DNA of 32,918 nucleotides from the NCBI GenBank assembly GCA_051439505.1, contig JBFRWI010000130.1:1-32918 (forward strand), written 5' to 3'. A program made the position numbers and the translations under genes. A model generated the notes under the pieces. It did no database searches and had not been told where the DNA came from. It saw nothing but the letters and a program-made list of their open reading frames with translations. Source of the stretch: Hormoscilla sp. (GTDB lineage Bacteria; Cyanobacteriota; Cyanobacteriia; Cyanobacteriales; Desertifilaceae). Below are positions 18,694 through 30,284 of this stretch, in pieces (positions within the stretch are counted from its first letter, which is position 1; every line of letters begins with the position of its first letter).

Positions 18694-19640
18694 GATTTGC
18701 GTATTTTTGCTGATTTAGATCGCTAATTTCGTCATGCACAGCTTCTGATCCGACTAATCTGCCGCGCAGTCTACTTTCTACTATTATTACTCAAGACCTA
18801 TAGGAAAAAACATCCCCTTTTCTCCCGAGCTGGGGGAGCAAAAACTCTGGCACTGCCCGTCTTCTGCGATAATCGATCGGTCATTTCCAAGCGCATCTCC
18901 AAAGCGATCCTCCAATAGTAGCGGGGGCCTATTGTGATTGAGTGGTTCTTCTCCCGATCGCCATCTATCCATTGAGGTATTTTTCTGACTGTTGGAAAGA
19001 TCTTTGACAGCTAAAGGACCAGAAGGACAATCTTGCAGGTGGCGTCCCCGCCTGCGCTCGGCTTAGCTGTGTCATGACCGGAGGCAGTTGGATGGCAGTC
19101 CTCTCAACTTCGGGAGAACTGTCTATAGAAATTGGTTACTAACCTAATATATCACAATGTCTTGCCTGCCAGCTAGTGGCTGCTCCCAGACAATGGCCGG
19201 GACAGGGGATAATGATGAGTTCAGATCAAAACAGCTTTTGGTGTGGTAAATTATTGATATGATCGCCGGTATGTACTAAGTGCAGCCCTTAACCTAGCTT
19301 CCGGCAGCGCTGGGGATGAGGCCCGAAATGCAGCAGCATCCAGACTGGTGTTGCACCAACTCACCGGATGATGGTTGCTCAAGATGATTGTCAGCTGTTA
19401 GTTGTCAACTGCGCTTGAGGGGCATCAGGGGAGTCGGCTGTCACAGCTCGCCGGTACAAAGGCTAGTACGTGGTCAACATACATCCCGTCGTTGTGCAAC
19501 GCCAAAAGCTAAAATCAAAAAGTTGTATAAAAAAGGGATGTCCAGAAGCTAGGCTAAAAGCTTAGGGGTCTCAAGGAAAACAGTCCTATCCGGTCTAACC
19601 GGCTTCTAGGGGTAGTCTTGCAGTGTAGAGTAAGAGTACA

Positions 19641-20420
19641 ATGATCGACGAGTCAAAGCAGTTAGAGAATACGACGAGGGATTCCCAGGGGGAGATGTCA
19701 GAGGAAATGCAAGAGGAGACAAGGTCGGCTGAAAATATAGCAGCTCAAGTGGATTCCGAAGCAAGTAGCCCCACCGCAGGGCCCGAGCAGACAGAGTCAT
19801 TAGAGGCTATGGGTTCAGAACAGTCGGCAGCATCAGGACCGTCAGCACCGGAAGCAACGGTTCCCGAAGCACTGTTGATAGAATTGGCGACCAAGGAGGC
19901 CGAACTAGAAGCTCTCAAAAATCAGCTCAAAGAGGTAACTAACCAATCAGTGCGGATAGCTGCCGACTTTGATAACTTTCGCAAGCGCACTCACAAGGAA
20001 AAGGAGGAAATGGAGCAGCGCATCAAGTGTACGACAATCAAAGAGCTGCTGCCGGTGGTGGATAACTTCGAGCGGGCCCGCTCGCAGATCAAACCGCAGA
20101 CGGACGGGGAAAAGAACATCCACAAAAGCTACCAAGGGGTATACAAGCAATTGGTAGACTGTCTAAAAGGCCTCGGAGTGTCGGCGATGCGTTGTGAAGA
20201 GCAAGAGTTTGACCCGAACCTCCATGAAGCGGTGATGCGGGAACAAACGGACCAATATCCAGAAGGAACGGTGATAGAAGAATTGATGCGGGGGTATATG
20301 CTGGGCGATCGGGTGCTGCGCCACGCTATGGTAAAAGTAGCAGCAGCGCCAGAACCGGTGGAAGAATCAGTAACTATAGCGTCCGAGAGTGAGGAGAGTA
20401 ATGAAAGTATTGAAAATTAA
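19641..20420 (+). CDS. grpE: Nucleotide exchange factor GrpE
   Basis: [48 protein letters not shown]. Confidence 0.96.
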   Translation: MIDESKQLENTTRDSQGEMSEEMQEETRSAENIAAQVDSEASSPTAGPEQTESLEAMGSEQSAASGPSAPEATVPEALLIELATKEAELEALKNQLKEVTNQSVRIAADFDNFRKRTHKEKEEMEQRIKCTTIKELLPVVDNFERARSQIKPQTDGEKNIHKSYQGVYKQLVDCLKGLGVSAMRCEEQEFDPNLHEAVMREQTDQYPEGTVIEELMRGYMLGDRVLRHAMVKVAAAPEPVEESVTIASESEESNESIEN

Positions 20421-20937
20421 AGGGGTTGATTACCGTTAACCATAAACTGTAGAAAATGTTATAGAATGGTAGAGCAAGCAAAAACCAAGCTTAAAAACTT
20501 AACGGTAGACCAACCGGAACAAGACTCTCAAGAGTGGGAGAGCTGTAACAAGGCATCTGGGTATATCCAGATCCGGTTAAATTTCCTGAAAATAGCTCAG
20601 TAGAGTAGCAAAGCAGTCAAATTCATTGTATCAGAAGTTTTGAAAGATGATCGATGAGTTTTGTTTGATAAGCGGGCGAGTTGCGCCCGATTTTAAGCCT
20701 GTGGACAGAGTGCTGCCGACAGTTCTGGTTAAAGCAGGAAGCGAACTCTCTATTCTTCGGAGTAGTTAAAGTAGAACCAATTTTCTACAGTTTCGTACAA
20801 CGGTATAGTAAATATAGGTAAGTCCACCAGGCGCGGGAGGCGTCTGGTACTTGCTTAAATAATTGCAGGCGCAGAGTAGGCGCGAGCGTAAAATAGCGAT
20901 CGTAATCGCATATTGTCAACATTAACCGCCGCTAGCT

Positions 20938-22902
20938 ATGGGAAAAGTCATTGGTATAGACTTAGGGACAACCAATAGTTGTGTTGCTGTATTAGAGGGC
21001 GGTCAACCAGTCGTCATCTCTAACTCGGAAGGTGGACGTACTACCCCGAGTATGGTGGGCTTTGGGAAGGCAGGGGAACGCTTGGTAGGTCAACTAGCAA
21101 AGCGACAAGCAGTCACTAATGCAGAAAATACCATATTCAGCATCAAAAGATTTATAGGTAGACGCTGGGAGGATACGGAAGTAGAAAGGTCTCGCGTCCC
21201 CTATAATTGTGTAACAGGTCGCGATGAGACAGTAGATGTCCAAATTAGAGGTCGCAATTACACGCCGCAAGAAATATCAGCCATGATCCTGCAAAAACTA
21301 AAGCAGGATGCTGAGAATTATCTGGGAGAACCGGTGAGTGAAGCGGTGATCACGGTGCCAGCTTACTTCACGGACGCCCAGCGGCAAGCGACAAAAGATG
21401 CTGGCACGATCGCTGGTCTAGAAGTGCAGCGGATTATTAACGAACCGACGGCAGCTTCATTATCCTACGGATTAGATAAGCAAGAGACAGAGCAGCTGGT
21501 GCTAGTGTTTGACTTGGGAGGAGGTACCTTCGATGTCTCAATTCTGCAACTAGGGGATGGCATATTTGAGGTGCAGGCAACCTCGGGCAACAACCATCTG
21601 GGGGGAGATGACTTTGATAACTGTATAGTCAACTGGATGATCGAAAGCTTCCGAGAACAGGAAGGAATTGACCTGTCGGCGGACAAAATGGCCCTGCAAC
21701 GCCTGCGAGAGGGGGCGGAAAAGGCAAAAATTGAGTTGTCTAACATGGTGACGACATCAATTAACCTGCCGTTCATTACGGCAGATGAAACGGGACCGAA
21801 ACATCTGGAAATGGAGTTGAGCAGGGCAAAATTTGAAGAACTGAGTAAAGACCTGATTGAAGGAACCCTGAGTCCGATGACTCAGGCGCTCAAGGACTGC
21901 GACAGGAAAAAGGAGGATATAGACCGGATAATTATGGTGGGTGGGTCTACCAGGATACCGGCAGTGCAAGAGGCAATTAAAGATTACTTTGGTGGCAAGG
22001 CACCCGATCGCTCGGTAAATCCAGATGAAGCGGTGGCCCTGGGGGCAGCAATTCAAGGAGGGGTAATCGGTGGCGAGGTGAAAGACCTGCTGCTACTAGA
22101 TGTGACGCCCTTATCCCTAGGAATAGAAACCTTGGGAGAGGTGTTTACCAAAATAATCGAACGCAATACGACGATTCCAACAAGCAAAACCCAGTCCTTT
22201 TCGACGGCAACAGATGGACAAACATCGGTGGAAATTCACGTACTGCAAGGGGAAAGGGCTCTGGCGAGAGACAATAAGAGTCTGGGGAAATTTGAACTCA
22301 CGGGCATTCCGCCAGCACCGCGAGGGGTGCCCCAGATAGAGGTGTCTTTTGAGATAGATGCTAATGGGATTCTGAAAGTATCGGCGCGAGATAAGGGAAC
22401 GGGGTCCGAACAGAGTATTGAAATCAGCAACACGGGAGGATTGAGTACCACTGAAGTGGAAAAAATGCGGATGGAGGCGGAAGTATACGCCGATGAAGAC
22501 CGCAGGCGTAAGCAGCTAGTAGAACTGAAAAACCAGGCAGATAGTCTATTCTATAGTTATCAATCGACGCTGAAAAAACAGGAAAAAGATATCAGCTCAG
22601 ATATGAAAGCTCAGGCAAAGCAAAAGGTGACGGAGATCAGAGCAGCTTTTGCGAATCCAGCAATCAAAGTAGAGGAGGTAAAGGGAAAGATAGATGCCCT
22701 GCAACAACTCTTATTTGAGATTGGCACCTATGTCTACGAACAAGGTGATAGCGAGCAGGAGGAAACAGTGCCAAGTGTTGCAAGCCCGGAATTATCAACT
22801 ATAGATGCAGAGGAAGATTCGGCGTCGTCCCCAGACTCCGAAGATGACTTCAGTTTTGATGATTCGGAAACGGTCACGGCTGACTACGAAGCGATCGAAT
22901 AG
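20938..22902 (+). CDS. dnaK: Chaperone DnaK (Hsp70)
   Basis: [34 protein letters not shown]; acidic C-terminal tail. Confidence 0.98.
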   Translation: MGKVIGIDLGTTNSCVAVLEGGQPVVISNSEGGRTTPSMVGFGKAGERLVGQLAKRQAVTNAENTIFSIKRFIGRRWEDTEVERSRVPYNCVTGRDETVDVQIRGRNYTPQEISAMILQKLKQDAENYLGEPVSEAVITVPAYFTDAQRQATKDAGTIAGLEVQRIINEPTAASLSYGLDKQETEQLVLVFDLGGGTFDVSILQLGDGIFEVQATSGNNHLGGDDFDNCIVNWMIESFREQEGIDLSADKMALQRLREGAEKAKIELSNMVTTSINLPFITADETGPKHLEMELSRAKFEELSKDLIEGTLSPMTQALKDCDRKKEDIDRIIMVGGSTRIPAVQEAIKDYFGGKAPDRSVNPDEAVALGAAIQGGVIGGEVKDLLLLDVTPLSLGIETLGEVFTKIIERNTTIPTSKTQSFSTATDGQTSVEIHVLQGERALARDNKSLGKFELTGIPPAPRGVPQIEVSFEIDANGILKVSARDKGTGSEQSIEISNTGGLSTTEVEKMRMEAEVYADEDRRRKQLVELKNQADSLFYSYQSTLKKQEKDISSDMKAQAKQKVTEIRAAFANPAIKVEEVKGKIDALQQLLFEIGTYVYEQGDSEQEETVPSVASPELSTIDAEEDSASSPDSEDDFSFDDSETVTADYEAIE

Positions 22903-23067
22903 AAAAACGTTCTTCATGTCAAGTTTTCCAGAAGGCTAATGAAAAATGGAAAAGGAAGAGTCTTTATTCATGTCCACTGGCAATTTTTCATTGGCAAAAA
23001 TGCTTTCATGGACATGATCTCTAGAAAAACAGCTCCTAATTGCACAAGTAGCAGAAAATAGCGATAT

Positions 23068-24201
23068 ATGGCCGATTATTATCAAGTTCTAGGTGTCTCC
23101 CGGGATGCAGACAAGGAAGAAATTAAGCGTGCCTACCGTCGCTTGGCCCGCAAGTATCACCCGGACGTAAATAAAGAACAGGGGGCGGAGGAACGATTTA
23201 AGGAGATAAATCGCGCCTACGAAGTCCTATCAGAACCGGAGATGAAGGCCCGTTATGACCGATTCGGCGAAGCTGGAGTGAGTGGTGCCGGTATGGGAGC
23301 CGGTGGATTCCAGGATTTCGGCGATATGGGAGGGTTTGGAGATATATTGGAAAGCTTCTTTAGTGGGTTTTCCGGCGGAATGGGGGGTCAAACGGCGGCT
23401 CGCCGAAGGGGACCGGTGCGTGGGGACGACCTGCGGCTGGACCTGAAGCTGGAATTCACCGAAGCGGTGTTTGGTGGGACTCAGGAAATTCGCATCAACC
23501 ACCTGGAAACCTGTGGAACCTGTAACGGGACGGGTGCGAAGCCAGGAACAAAGCCTAAAACTTGCCAGACTTGTGGCGGTTCGGGCCAAGTACGGCGGGC
23601 CACGCGGACGCCTTTTGGCAGCTTTACCCAAGTGTCGGTCTGTCCTTCTTGTAATGGGACGGGGCAGGTGATTGAGGAAAAGTGTCAGACCTGTGGTGGC
23701 AGTGGCAATAAGCAGGTGACGAAAAAGCTGAAAATTACGATCCCAGCAGGGGTGGATAATGGCACGAGGTTGCGGGTCTCAGGAGAAGGAGATGCGGGTG
23801 GACGCGGGGGGCCGCCGGGGGACCTGTACGTGTATTTGTTTGTCAATGAAAACCCGGATTTCCGGCGAGATGGCATCAATGTGCTGTCAGAGTTGAAGAT
23901 TAGCTATCTGGAAGCGATTCTGGGAAGTCGCCGAGAAATAAAGACTGTAGATGGCACGTCGGAGTTGGTGATTCCAGCAGGAACCCAGCCAAATACAGTT
24001 CTAACTTTGGAAAGTCGTGGGGTGCCGCGACTGGGAAATCCGGTATCGCGAGGGGATCACTTGATTACGGTGTTGGTGGAGATTCCCACGCGCATTAGTG
24101 GCGAAGAACGACAGCATCTGGAGGAGTTGGCGACGATTCGCGGGCGTAGCATTGGCAAAGGTGGGATTGAAGGTTTCTTGGGAGGGCTGTTTAACAAATG
24201 A
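23068..24201 (+). CDS. dnaJ: Chaperone DnaJ
   Basis: J-domain HPD, G/F-rich region, four CxxCxGxG motifs. Confidence 0.98.
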   Translation: MADYYQVLGVSRDADKEEIKRAYRRLARKYHPDVNKEQGAEERFKEINRAYEVLSEPEMKARYDRFGEAGVSGAGMGAGGFQDFGDMGGFGDILESFFSGFSGGMGGQTAARRRGPVRGDDLRLDLKLEFTEAVFGGTQEIRINHLETCGTCNGTGAKPGTKPKTCQTCGGSGQVRRATRTPFGSFTQVSVCPSCNGTGQVIEEKCQTCGGSGNKQVTKKLKITIPAGVDNGTRLRVSGEGDAGGRGGPPGDLYVYLFVNENPDFRRDGINVLSELKISYLEAILGSRREIKTVDGTSELVIPAGTQPNTVLTLESRGVPRLGNPVSRGDHLITVLVEIPTRISGEERQHLEELATIRGRSIGKGGIEGFLGGLFNK

Positions 24202-24431
24202 AGCCTGATGCCGAGATGGATCTGCGGGGTACTCCCTGCCCGATTAATTTTGTCAGAACTAAACTGCGGCTAGAGCAAATGGCACCGGGCTCTCTGCTGG
24301 AGGTGTGGCTGGACCCGGGGGAGCCCATTGAACAGGTGCCCGATAGTTTGGCGATGGAGGGTTACGGGATCGAACAAATAGAGGATCGGGCCGGGTTTTT
24401 TGCGCTGCAAGTGCGGCGTCCTCTGTCTTGA
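24198..24431 (+). CDS. TusA/SirA-family sulfur carrier protein
   Basis: [16 protein letters not shown] motif; ATGA overlap with dnaJ. Confidence 0.9.
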   Translation: MKPDAEMDLRGTPCPINFVRTKLRLEQMAPGSLLEVWLDPGEPIEQVPDSLAMEGYGIEQIEDRAGFFALQVRRPLS

Positions 24432-25483
24432 TGGGATCTAAACCGGTGCAGTTGCTGGGGACGGTGATGGCTGTGCAAGCGAATTTCTATCGGGTTCGCC
24501 TAAAAGATTCTCTCCGAACCTGTTCCTCTCTACTATGTACTAGACGATCGCGCTTGAAAAAAATCGGTCAGCAGGTGATGGTGGGCGATCGGGTGGTGAT
24601 TGATGAACCGGACTGGGAAGGCGGACGGGGGGCGATCGCTTCTGTTTTACCCCGGACGACGGAACTCGATCGCCCACCTGTGGCCAATGCCGATCAAATC
24701 TTGCTGGTTTTTGCTCTGGCAGAACCAACTTTAGACCCTTACCAGTTGAGTCGATTTCTGGTGAAGGCGGAATCGACTGGTTTAAATGTCTGTTTGTGCT
24801 TGAATAAATGCGATCTGGTCGCGCCCGATCGCATGCGCGAATGGGATGAGAGGTTGCAAGATTGGGGCTACAAAGGGATATTTATAAGTGTTTCTACCCT
24901 TGAGAATATTAGAGAAGTGAGTGAGAGGCTGCGCGATCGCATCGCGGTTGTGGCCGGGCCTTCTGGGGTGGGGAAGTCGAGTTTGATTAACCAGTTGATT
25001 CCCACGGCTTGCTTGCGAGTGGGATCCGTTTCTGGAAAGCTGGGTAGGGGACGCCATACTACTCGCCATGTGGAATTATTTGAGTTACCTACTGGGGGAT
25101 TGTTAGCAGATACTCCTGGTTTTAATCAGCCTCAGCTTGATTGTACGCCCCTAGAATTGGTGGAGTATTTCCCAGAAGCTTCGATAAGGTTAGAGAGGGG
25201 TAGCTGTCAGTTTAGTGACTGTTTGCATAGAGATGAGCCTAATTGCGTGGTGAGAGGAGATTGGGAACGCTACGAGTATTATTTGGATTATTTGTCAAAG
25301 GCGATCGCTTATCAAGAGCAATTAAATCAACAAGCAGATCCAGAATCAACTGTAAAGCGTAAAAGTAAAGGAAAAGGGAAGAGTGAATACGAACCTCGAC
25401 TAGAGGCGAAGAAGTACCGTCGGAGTTCGCGTCGTACTCAACAGCAGTCCCTGGTAGAATTGTATGATGATGCTGATATTTGA
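24431..25483 (+). CDS. rsgA: Small ribosomal subunit biogenesis GTPase RsgA
   Basis: Circularly permuted GTPase motifs NKCD, GPSGVGKSS, GRHTT, DTPG; Zn site CQFSDCLHRDEPNC. Confidence 0.95.
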   Translation: MGSKPVQLLGTVMAVQANFYRVRLKDSLRTCSSLLCTRRSRLKKIGQQVMVGDRVVIDEPDWEGGRGAIASVLPRTTELDRPPVANADQILLVFALAEPTLDPYQLSRFLVKAESTGLNVCLCLNKCDLVAPDRMREWDERLQDWGYKGIFISVSTLENIREVSERLRDRIAVVAGPSGVGKSSLINQLIPTACLRVGSVSGKLGRGRHTTRHVELFELPTGGLLADTPGFNQPQLDCTPLELVEYFPEASIRLERGSCQFSDCLHRDEPNCVVRGDWERYEYYLDYLSKAIAYQEQLNQQADPESTVKRKSKGKGKSEYEPRLEAKKYRRSSRRTQQQSLVELYDDADI

Positions 25484-25494
25484 TGGCTGAAAAG

Positions 25495-25658
25495 TCGATT
25501 GGTCTCCTGGCCCGCCGGGGGTTCAAACCCCCGGCTAATAGCTTAAGTGGGTTAAAACCCACTCTCTACATTGTCTAGAAAGCGTTTTTACCTCGTTCCC
25601 TGGCTCCGCCAGGGAACGAGGTATAGAGGCTCTGCCTCTAGTTGACAATGGTGCAAGA
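25495..25658. repeat. Composite palindromic repeat between convergent genes; likely bidirectional terminator
   Basis: Hairpins gccgggggttcaaacccccggc, agtgggttaaaacccact, ctcgttccctggctccgccagggaacgag, tagaggctctgcctcta. Confidence 0.8.
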
Positions 25659-25678
25659 GAAAATGCTATAAGTTATTG

Positions 25679-27016
25679 TCAATTGCCTAAGGATTCTAAA
25701 AAGGTTTGCACGGTGCCATTGGGATTGAGCACTACCCGAATTGTCGGTTGCAGTTCTCCTTCAATCGGGGATACAAATTCTTCGCCCCACAGCGGCATTT
25801 TTGTGCGATCGAGATAGTTTTCTGCTGCTACTGACAGAGGCGTTACCTGTTTCACTGTCCCATCCCGTGCGATCGCCAAACGGTATTCTATACTGATGTC
25901 TAGAGTTTCTGGAGGATCCCAGCGCTTTTGGAAATATGCTTTCACTTCTGCTACTTGCGGAATATCTTTGATATCCTCAGTATCTGTAGCAGGGGTATTT
26001 CTTAATTCAACTGGAGGTTTGTTGATCGGAGGGTTAGAGGCGATCGCGCCACTGTCTGTCTCTGCTGGCGGTAGTGGTTCGACAGCAACGTCTCGCTTCA
26101 AAGAAATTTGAGGTGGCGGTGGCGGTGGGGCGATCGCGCGTTGTCTTCTAGCTATACTAGCATCATCTGCTGCGATAGGTGGCAATGGCACGATCGGACT
26201 GGGGGGACTAGGAACTGATGGCGTAGTAGTTAGGGGAGTCTGGATCTCGGCATTCACTTCCTCTGATGGCATTGTGTCTGCTTGCGAGGGTGATGGCATA
26301 GGGGGCGAGGTAGGGATCGCTATTTCTTGAGACTCTGGCGGGCTAATTTTTTGGCCAACTGTAGTGATGCTGGGCGGTTGACTGGAGTAAAATTTATTTA
26401 GCAGTTGGAGGCTGTAGGCGGTTAAACCCAATGCGATCGTGATACTGGCAGCAACGCGGAATGAGTCGGAAAATAGCAGTGATGGTTTTTTCTCTAGCGC
26501 CGGGAATGCGATCGCATCCAGAACATATTCATCCATGACTGTAACCAGGTCAAATAATTGCAACGTACTCAGATGAATGACTGAACTTCTAGATGTGGTG
26601 GATAATTTATTTCCCATAAATAATTCATGGTTTTTCATCCCTTTTGCTTGCAGATAAATAGCTTTTCGCGATTTTTTATTTTTGCTATTTGCTTTATTTT
26701 TGGGTTGTGTTTCCCCTGTCTTTAGAGATGAATTGGCAGTCTTGAGTCTTGATAAAGTTTGGGCATTAATTAGATCGTGAGACTGAGTTAGTAACCCCTG
26801 GACATAGGATTCTACCGCTAACCGCAAGGCTTCTAACTGCGCCCGATCGCCCCTAATTTCCCGATGTTTTTCTGCTGACTGTTCCTGTCCTTCCAACTGC
26901 AATCTAAATTGAATATTTTTGATAACTGGTTGCCCCGCCCAAGGGGACAAAGCAGAACTTTTGCCCAGGATCTCCAAGGTACATGTAGGTGATGTGTATT
27001 TTCGCAAAACTGACAT
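25679..27016 (-). CDS. DUF4335-like membrane-anchored protein with Pro-rich linker
   Basis: N-terminal LRKYTSPTCTLEI and LSTLQLFDL motifs, one TM segment, Pro-rich linker, C-terminal YFQKRWDPP...IEYRL domain. Confidence 0.75.
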   Translation of the reverse strand: MSVLRKYTSPTCTLEILGKSSALSPWAGQPVIKNIQFRLQLEGQEQSAEKHREIRGDRAQLEALRLAVESYVQGLLTQSHDLINAQTLSRLKTANSSLKTGETQPKNKANSKNKKSRKAIYLQAKGMKNHELFMGNKLSTTSRSSVIHLSTLQLFDLVTVMDEYVLDAIAFPALEKKPSLLFSDSFRVAASITIALGLTAYSLQLLNKFYSSQPPSITTVGQKISPPESQEIAIPTSPPMPSPSQADTMPSEEVNAEIQTPLTTTPSVPSPPSPIVPLPPIAADDASIARRQRAIAPPPPPPQISLKRDVAVEPLPPAETDSGAIASNPPINKPPVELRNTPATDTEDIKDIPQVAEVKAYFQKRWDPPETLDISIEYRLAIARDGTVKQVTPLSVAAENYLDRTKMPLWGEEFVSPIEGELQPTIRVVLNPNGTVQTFLESLGN

Positions 27017-27082
27017 GATTTAATTTTTCATAGTTCATGGTTAATTGTTCATTGTTCATGGTATCACAACAATTAGCAATTC

Positions 27083-27148
27083 GCCATTAACCATTAGCCA
27101 TTAACCATTAGCCATTAACCATTAACCATTAGCCATTAGCCATTAGCC
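27083..27148. repeat. Heptamer tandem repeat (ccattaR), about 9 copies, overlapping the Kir channel stop codon
   Basis: gccattaaccattagccattaaccattagcc... directly visible. Confidence 0.9.
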
Positions 27149-28032
27149 AAAGCTGTGACATCGTGAAAGTGATTGTAATCGATATGCCGATCGCCATCCT
27201 TACCCCTATACAAAATATCCACAAACCGCACATTCCAAAGAATATCGGAGGCTTCATACAAATGACGCGCATGGATAGTCTGGGAAACAGTTTCATCCAT
27301 ACCAGTCATGATGGCGATAATCTCCGGGTTCCACTCAGTTAAATTCTCCTCTGTCACCCCATAAAGAGGACTTGTTTCGTCAATCTCATGCATCGCCATC
27401 CAACTGATAGTAAGAATGGGTGTCTCAGAACGAACTAGCTTAAGATCGCACAGCCGACGCAAAGAATGTCCCTCCGGCGTGACTTCCTCAGGCAGTATCA
27501 TAGTAACTCTCAGTTGGGCTTCCAAGATCCAATTATTGCGCTGGTTAGCTATCCGAAACATTAGAGTAGGTACGCCATTGTAAGGACAAATAACTGCCAC
27601 CCGACTGAATAACACTCTCGCTGAAGGCGTAGAAAACCGGGCAAACATCAGCCCCGTAGCATTCGCGAACCCTAGCAGACCGAACAATGCCTCGATCGTT
27701 ACCAATAAATGCGTGTAGGGTGTGGTAGGATACATAGAACCGTAACCGATCGTTGCCATAGTCTGGATACTAAAAAAGAAAGCATCCTTAAAGTTCCCCG
27801 GTTCGGCATTGGCTATCCCATCCCCCCCAGCCAAGTAAGCAAGGGCAAACAGAATGTTCGTTACCAAATAAAATAGGCCGATTAGCCCCAAAAACTTTAA
27901 CCAGGAAATACTCAGCAGCCAATGGTACAGATCCCCCCAGTGGAAGTGGGGTAACCCCAGCCGCACGAACTGAACCGACTTCATCCCCTTCATCACACTC
28001 CGACGTTGGCGCTGTCTTGTCTTCCTATTCAT
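27136..28032 (-). CDS. Inward-rectifier (KirBac-like) potassium channel
   Basis: DLYHWLL slide helix, two TM helices, filter FFFSIQTMATIGYG, PTLMFRIANQR, HEIDETSPLYG. Confidence 0.93.
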   Translation of the reverse strand: MNRKTRQRQRRSVMKGMKSVQFVRLGLPHFHWGDLYHWLLSISWLKFLGLIGLFYLVTNILFALAYLAGGDGIANAEPGNFKDAFFFSIQTMATIGYGSMYPTTPYTHLLVTIEALFGLLGFANATGLMFARFSTPSARVLFSRVAVICPYNGVPTLMFRIANQRNNWILEAQLRVTMILPEEVTPEGHSLRRLCDLKLVRSETPILTISWMAMHEIDETSPLYGVTEENLTEWNPEIIAIMTGMDETVSQTIHARHLYEASDILWNVRFVDILYRGKDGDRHIDYNHFHDVTALANG

Positions 28033-28128
28033 CCTCAGTTATGTAAATCGATCATTACTTTTGGGGGTATAAAATTAGGCTATAATAAATTACTTTCTCA
28101 GGGGATAGCAGTTCGTCTTGCGGAATAC

Positions 28129-28416
28129 TCAATTGGCAATTGACAATTTCCTAGAAGCAATTGACGATTGGCTATAGGCAGCTGCCCGGAGACTGATCCA
28201 GGTAGCATATCGATCGTCGGAAGCAGTTATCACCACCGGCGTTCCCTGTTCTGCCAGTTCGCAGGCGATTTGATACCCTTTAAGCCGGTGAGATTCGGGA
28301 AACTCGCGAGCCAAGCCATATAGTTCATTATCGTACCACATCCCCTCACGGATACTCCCATCCATGTAGAACTTAAACAAATTCACCAGATTTTCACTCA
28401 AGACAACCGGCAGCAT
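28129..28416 (-). CDS. Conserved hypothetical cyanobacterial protein (~95 aa)
   Basis: ORF MLPVVLSENLVNLFKFYMDGSIREGM...WISLR. ATG 28416 preferred because the upstream extension covers a palindromic AT-rich site. Confidence 0.7.
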   Translation of the reverse strand: MLPVVLSENLVNLFKFYMDGSIREGMWYDNELYGLAREFPESHRLKGYQIACELAEQGTPVVITASDDRYATWISLRAAAYSQSSIASRKLSIAN

Positions 28417-28436
28417 AGGGTTAACTGTCAACTTTT

Positions 28437-28463
28437 TGTTACATTTCTTATCATAATGTAACA
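28437..28463. promoter_or_regulatory. Perfect palindrome TGTTACATT-N9-AATGTAACA in a divergent promoter region
   Basis: 9-bp arms with a 9-bp spacer, between the divergent hypothetical and Hpt genes. Confidence 0.45.
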
Positions 28464-28705
28464 TTACCCCTCGGCAGCATCATACTTTAGGCAGAATTGC
28501 TCAGGACCAAAACAGCTAAAGATAGGTAAAATTACATAAGGCAGGGGGGATAGCCCAGCAAGGCGATCGCCCATCAGACTTCAAACTGTATGTAGTATCT
28601 AAAAATCAAATAAATCAGAACATTAAACTAGAAAGAGGGGAGTCGGTATAGGACTGAGACTTAACCCGATTAGTAGTCTAAATCATCAATTGGAGGCTTA
28701 CTACC

Positions 28706-29635
28706 ATGGTTTCTGGGAATCAGCAGATTTTGGGTTATTTCATTGAGGAGGCGAAGGAACACCTGGAGACGATCGAACAAGGACTGTCGGATCTACAGTC
28801 CACCATGAAAGACGCCGAAAGCATGAACGAAATGTTTCGCGCTGCCCATTCGGTTAAAGGGGGTGCGGCAATGTTGGGCTTTGGTAGCATTCAAAAAACA
28901 GCCCACCGCTTAGAAGATGGCTTCAAGGTGCTTAAAGAAAGCCAGAATATTAAGATAGATCAAAAGCTGGAGTCATTATTTTTCAAGTGCTTTGATACCA
29001 TGCGGGACTTACTCGATCGCCTGCAAGGACCGTTTGGTTTGCGAGATGAAGAAGCGAATCAAGTGATGCTGGAAGCGGAGCCCATCTTTGGCCAACTCCA
29101 GGCTTATTTAGAGAGTTTAACGGGTGGGGGTGGCGAAGCACCAAGCGCCTCGGAAAAACAGCAAATCAAAGCCGATCCTGCGCCACCTAAACCAGATTTT
29201 GTGGCTCAGGTAACGGCGGTACTCAGACAGATGTTGCAGCTGTTTAAGGAAAAAGCTAATCCCGCTAATCGTCAACAGCTCGAACAGTTATGTAACAGTC
29301 TCCTCAATCTGGGGGAAGATACCGAAAGCTGGCAAAATCTAGTACAAACGGCTCAGACTGCTATTGCTAATCCTAATTGTCCCTATGTCACCCTGGCTCC
29401 CCTGGTGATTGGGGAACTCAAGCAGGCAAGCGAACAGCTGAAGGCTGGTAAAGCTAGCCAAATCGCTCCTTCTAAAAACTTGCAACGCATAGCGGATAAT
29501 TCTCCTTCCAAGCGGATTATCCTAGTTGTCGAACCAAAGGCTGCCGCAGAAACTCTGGTCAAGACTTTTAACAAAAAGCAGCTATCACAATTGATGAAGG
29601 CGCTACAAACAACCGCTAAAACCGCAGCTAAGTAG
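28706..29635 (+). CDS. Hpt (CheA P1-like) domain protein without kinase domain
   Basis: FIEEAKEHL...FRAAHSVKGGAAMLG...AHRLED; GGAGG RBS; no HATPase domain. Confidence 0.9.
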   Translation: MVSGNQQILGYFIEEAKEHLETIEQGLSDLQSTMKDAESMNEMFRAAHSVKGGAAMLGFGSIQKTAHRLEDGFKVLKESQNIKIDQKLESLFFKCFDTMRDLLDRLQGPFGLRDEEANQVMLEAEPIFGQLQAYLESLTGGGGEAPSASEKQQIKADPAPPKPDFVAQVTAVLRQMLQLFKEKANPANRQQLEQLCNSLLNLGEDTESWQNLVQTAQTAIANPNCPYVTLAPLVIGELKQASEQLKAGKASQIAPSKNLQRIADNSPSKRIILVVEPKAAAETLVKTFNKKQLSQLMKALQTTAKTAAK

Positions 29636-29639
29636 TAGG

Positions 29640-30193
29640 GTGGTCTGTGGCGATAAAGTCAATTACCCCATCTAGCAAGGCTTGCCACAGGATTTGGTTG
29701 TCCTGGGGGGTGCGCAAAGGGGGATTCATTTGAGCTAAGGTGCCAATCTGTTCGTAAGCGCTACTATTGAGTAGTAGGTGTTGGGGCGTTACTTCTGCTG
29801 TCACCCAGCTGGGCTTGTCCTGACGCAGTAATTCTGCTTCGACACCGGTAGACAGATGGAGAATATGCAGGCGTCGCTGGTCTATTGTCAGGGGGCGTGT
29901 ATTGGGCATCTCCAAAAATGAAGTCACGCCCCCCTTAGCACAAGCACAGCTAGCTGTCAAGAGGTCTTCTTTATGTTCTAGACCTGGTTCTGGGAAATGC
30001 ACTTGGGGTCTATTACTCCTGGCAACAATGTTAAACCCTCGGCGTCGAGAATCTCTTGTGCGGTGGAGTTGAGTTCGGGGGCGACCTGGACAATCTCGCG
30101 ATCGCGGATCCCGACATCCCCGACCAGGAAATCACCAGTGGGTAACAGAATCCGTGCCTGACGAATCAACAAGCTAAAAGGAGTGGTTGACAT
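29640..30193 (-). pseudogene. pyrC: Dihydroorotase (pyrC-like) pseudogene
   Basis: LLPGVIDP-(Q)VHF is broken by a -1 frameshift at ~30005-30008. EMPNTRPLT is joined directly to QRRLHILH (large internal deletion). The sequence stops right after IATDH. Confidence 0.88.
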
Positions 30194-30284
30194 AGGAGAA
30201 GGTATTGCTCAAAAATTTTCCGTTAATTTACTATACAAGATCTGTCAATAATTGTCAAACTTACTGGAAATACCCCGATCGAAC

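Noticed and set aside
20421..20937. CIRCE/HrcA operator before dnaK
   Set aside because: No TTAGCACTC-N9-GAGTGCTAA match found by eye.
14214..25483. pil and chaperone clusters as a novel system
   Set aside because: This gene order is well known and widely conserved in cyanobacteria.
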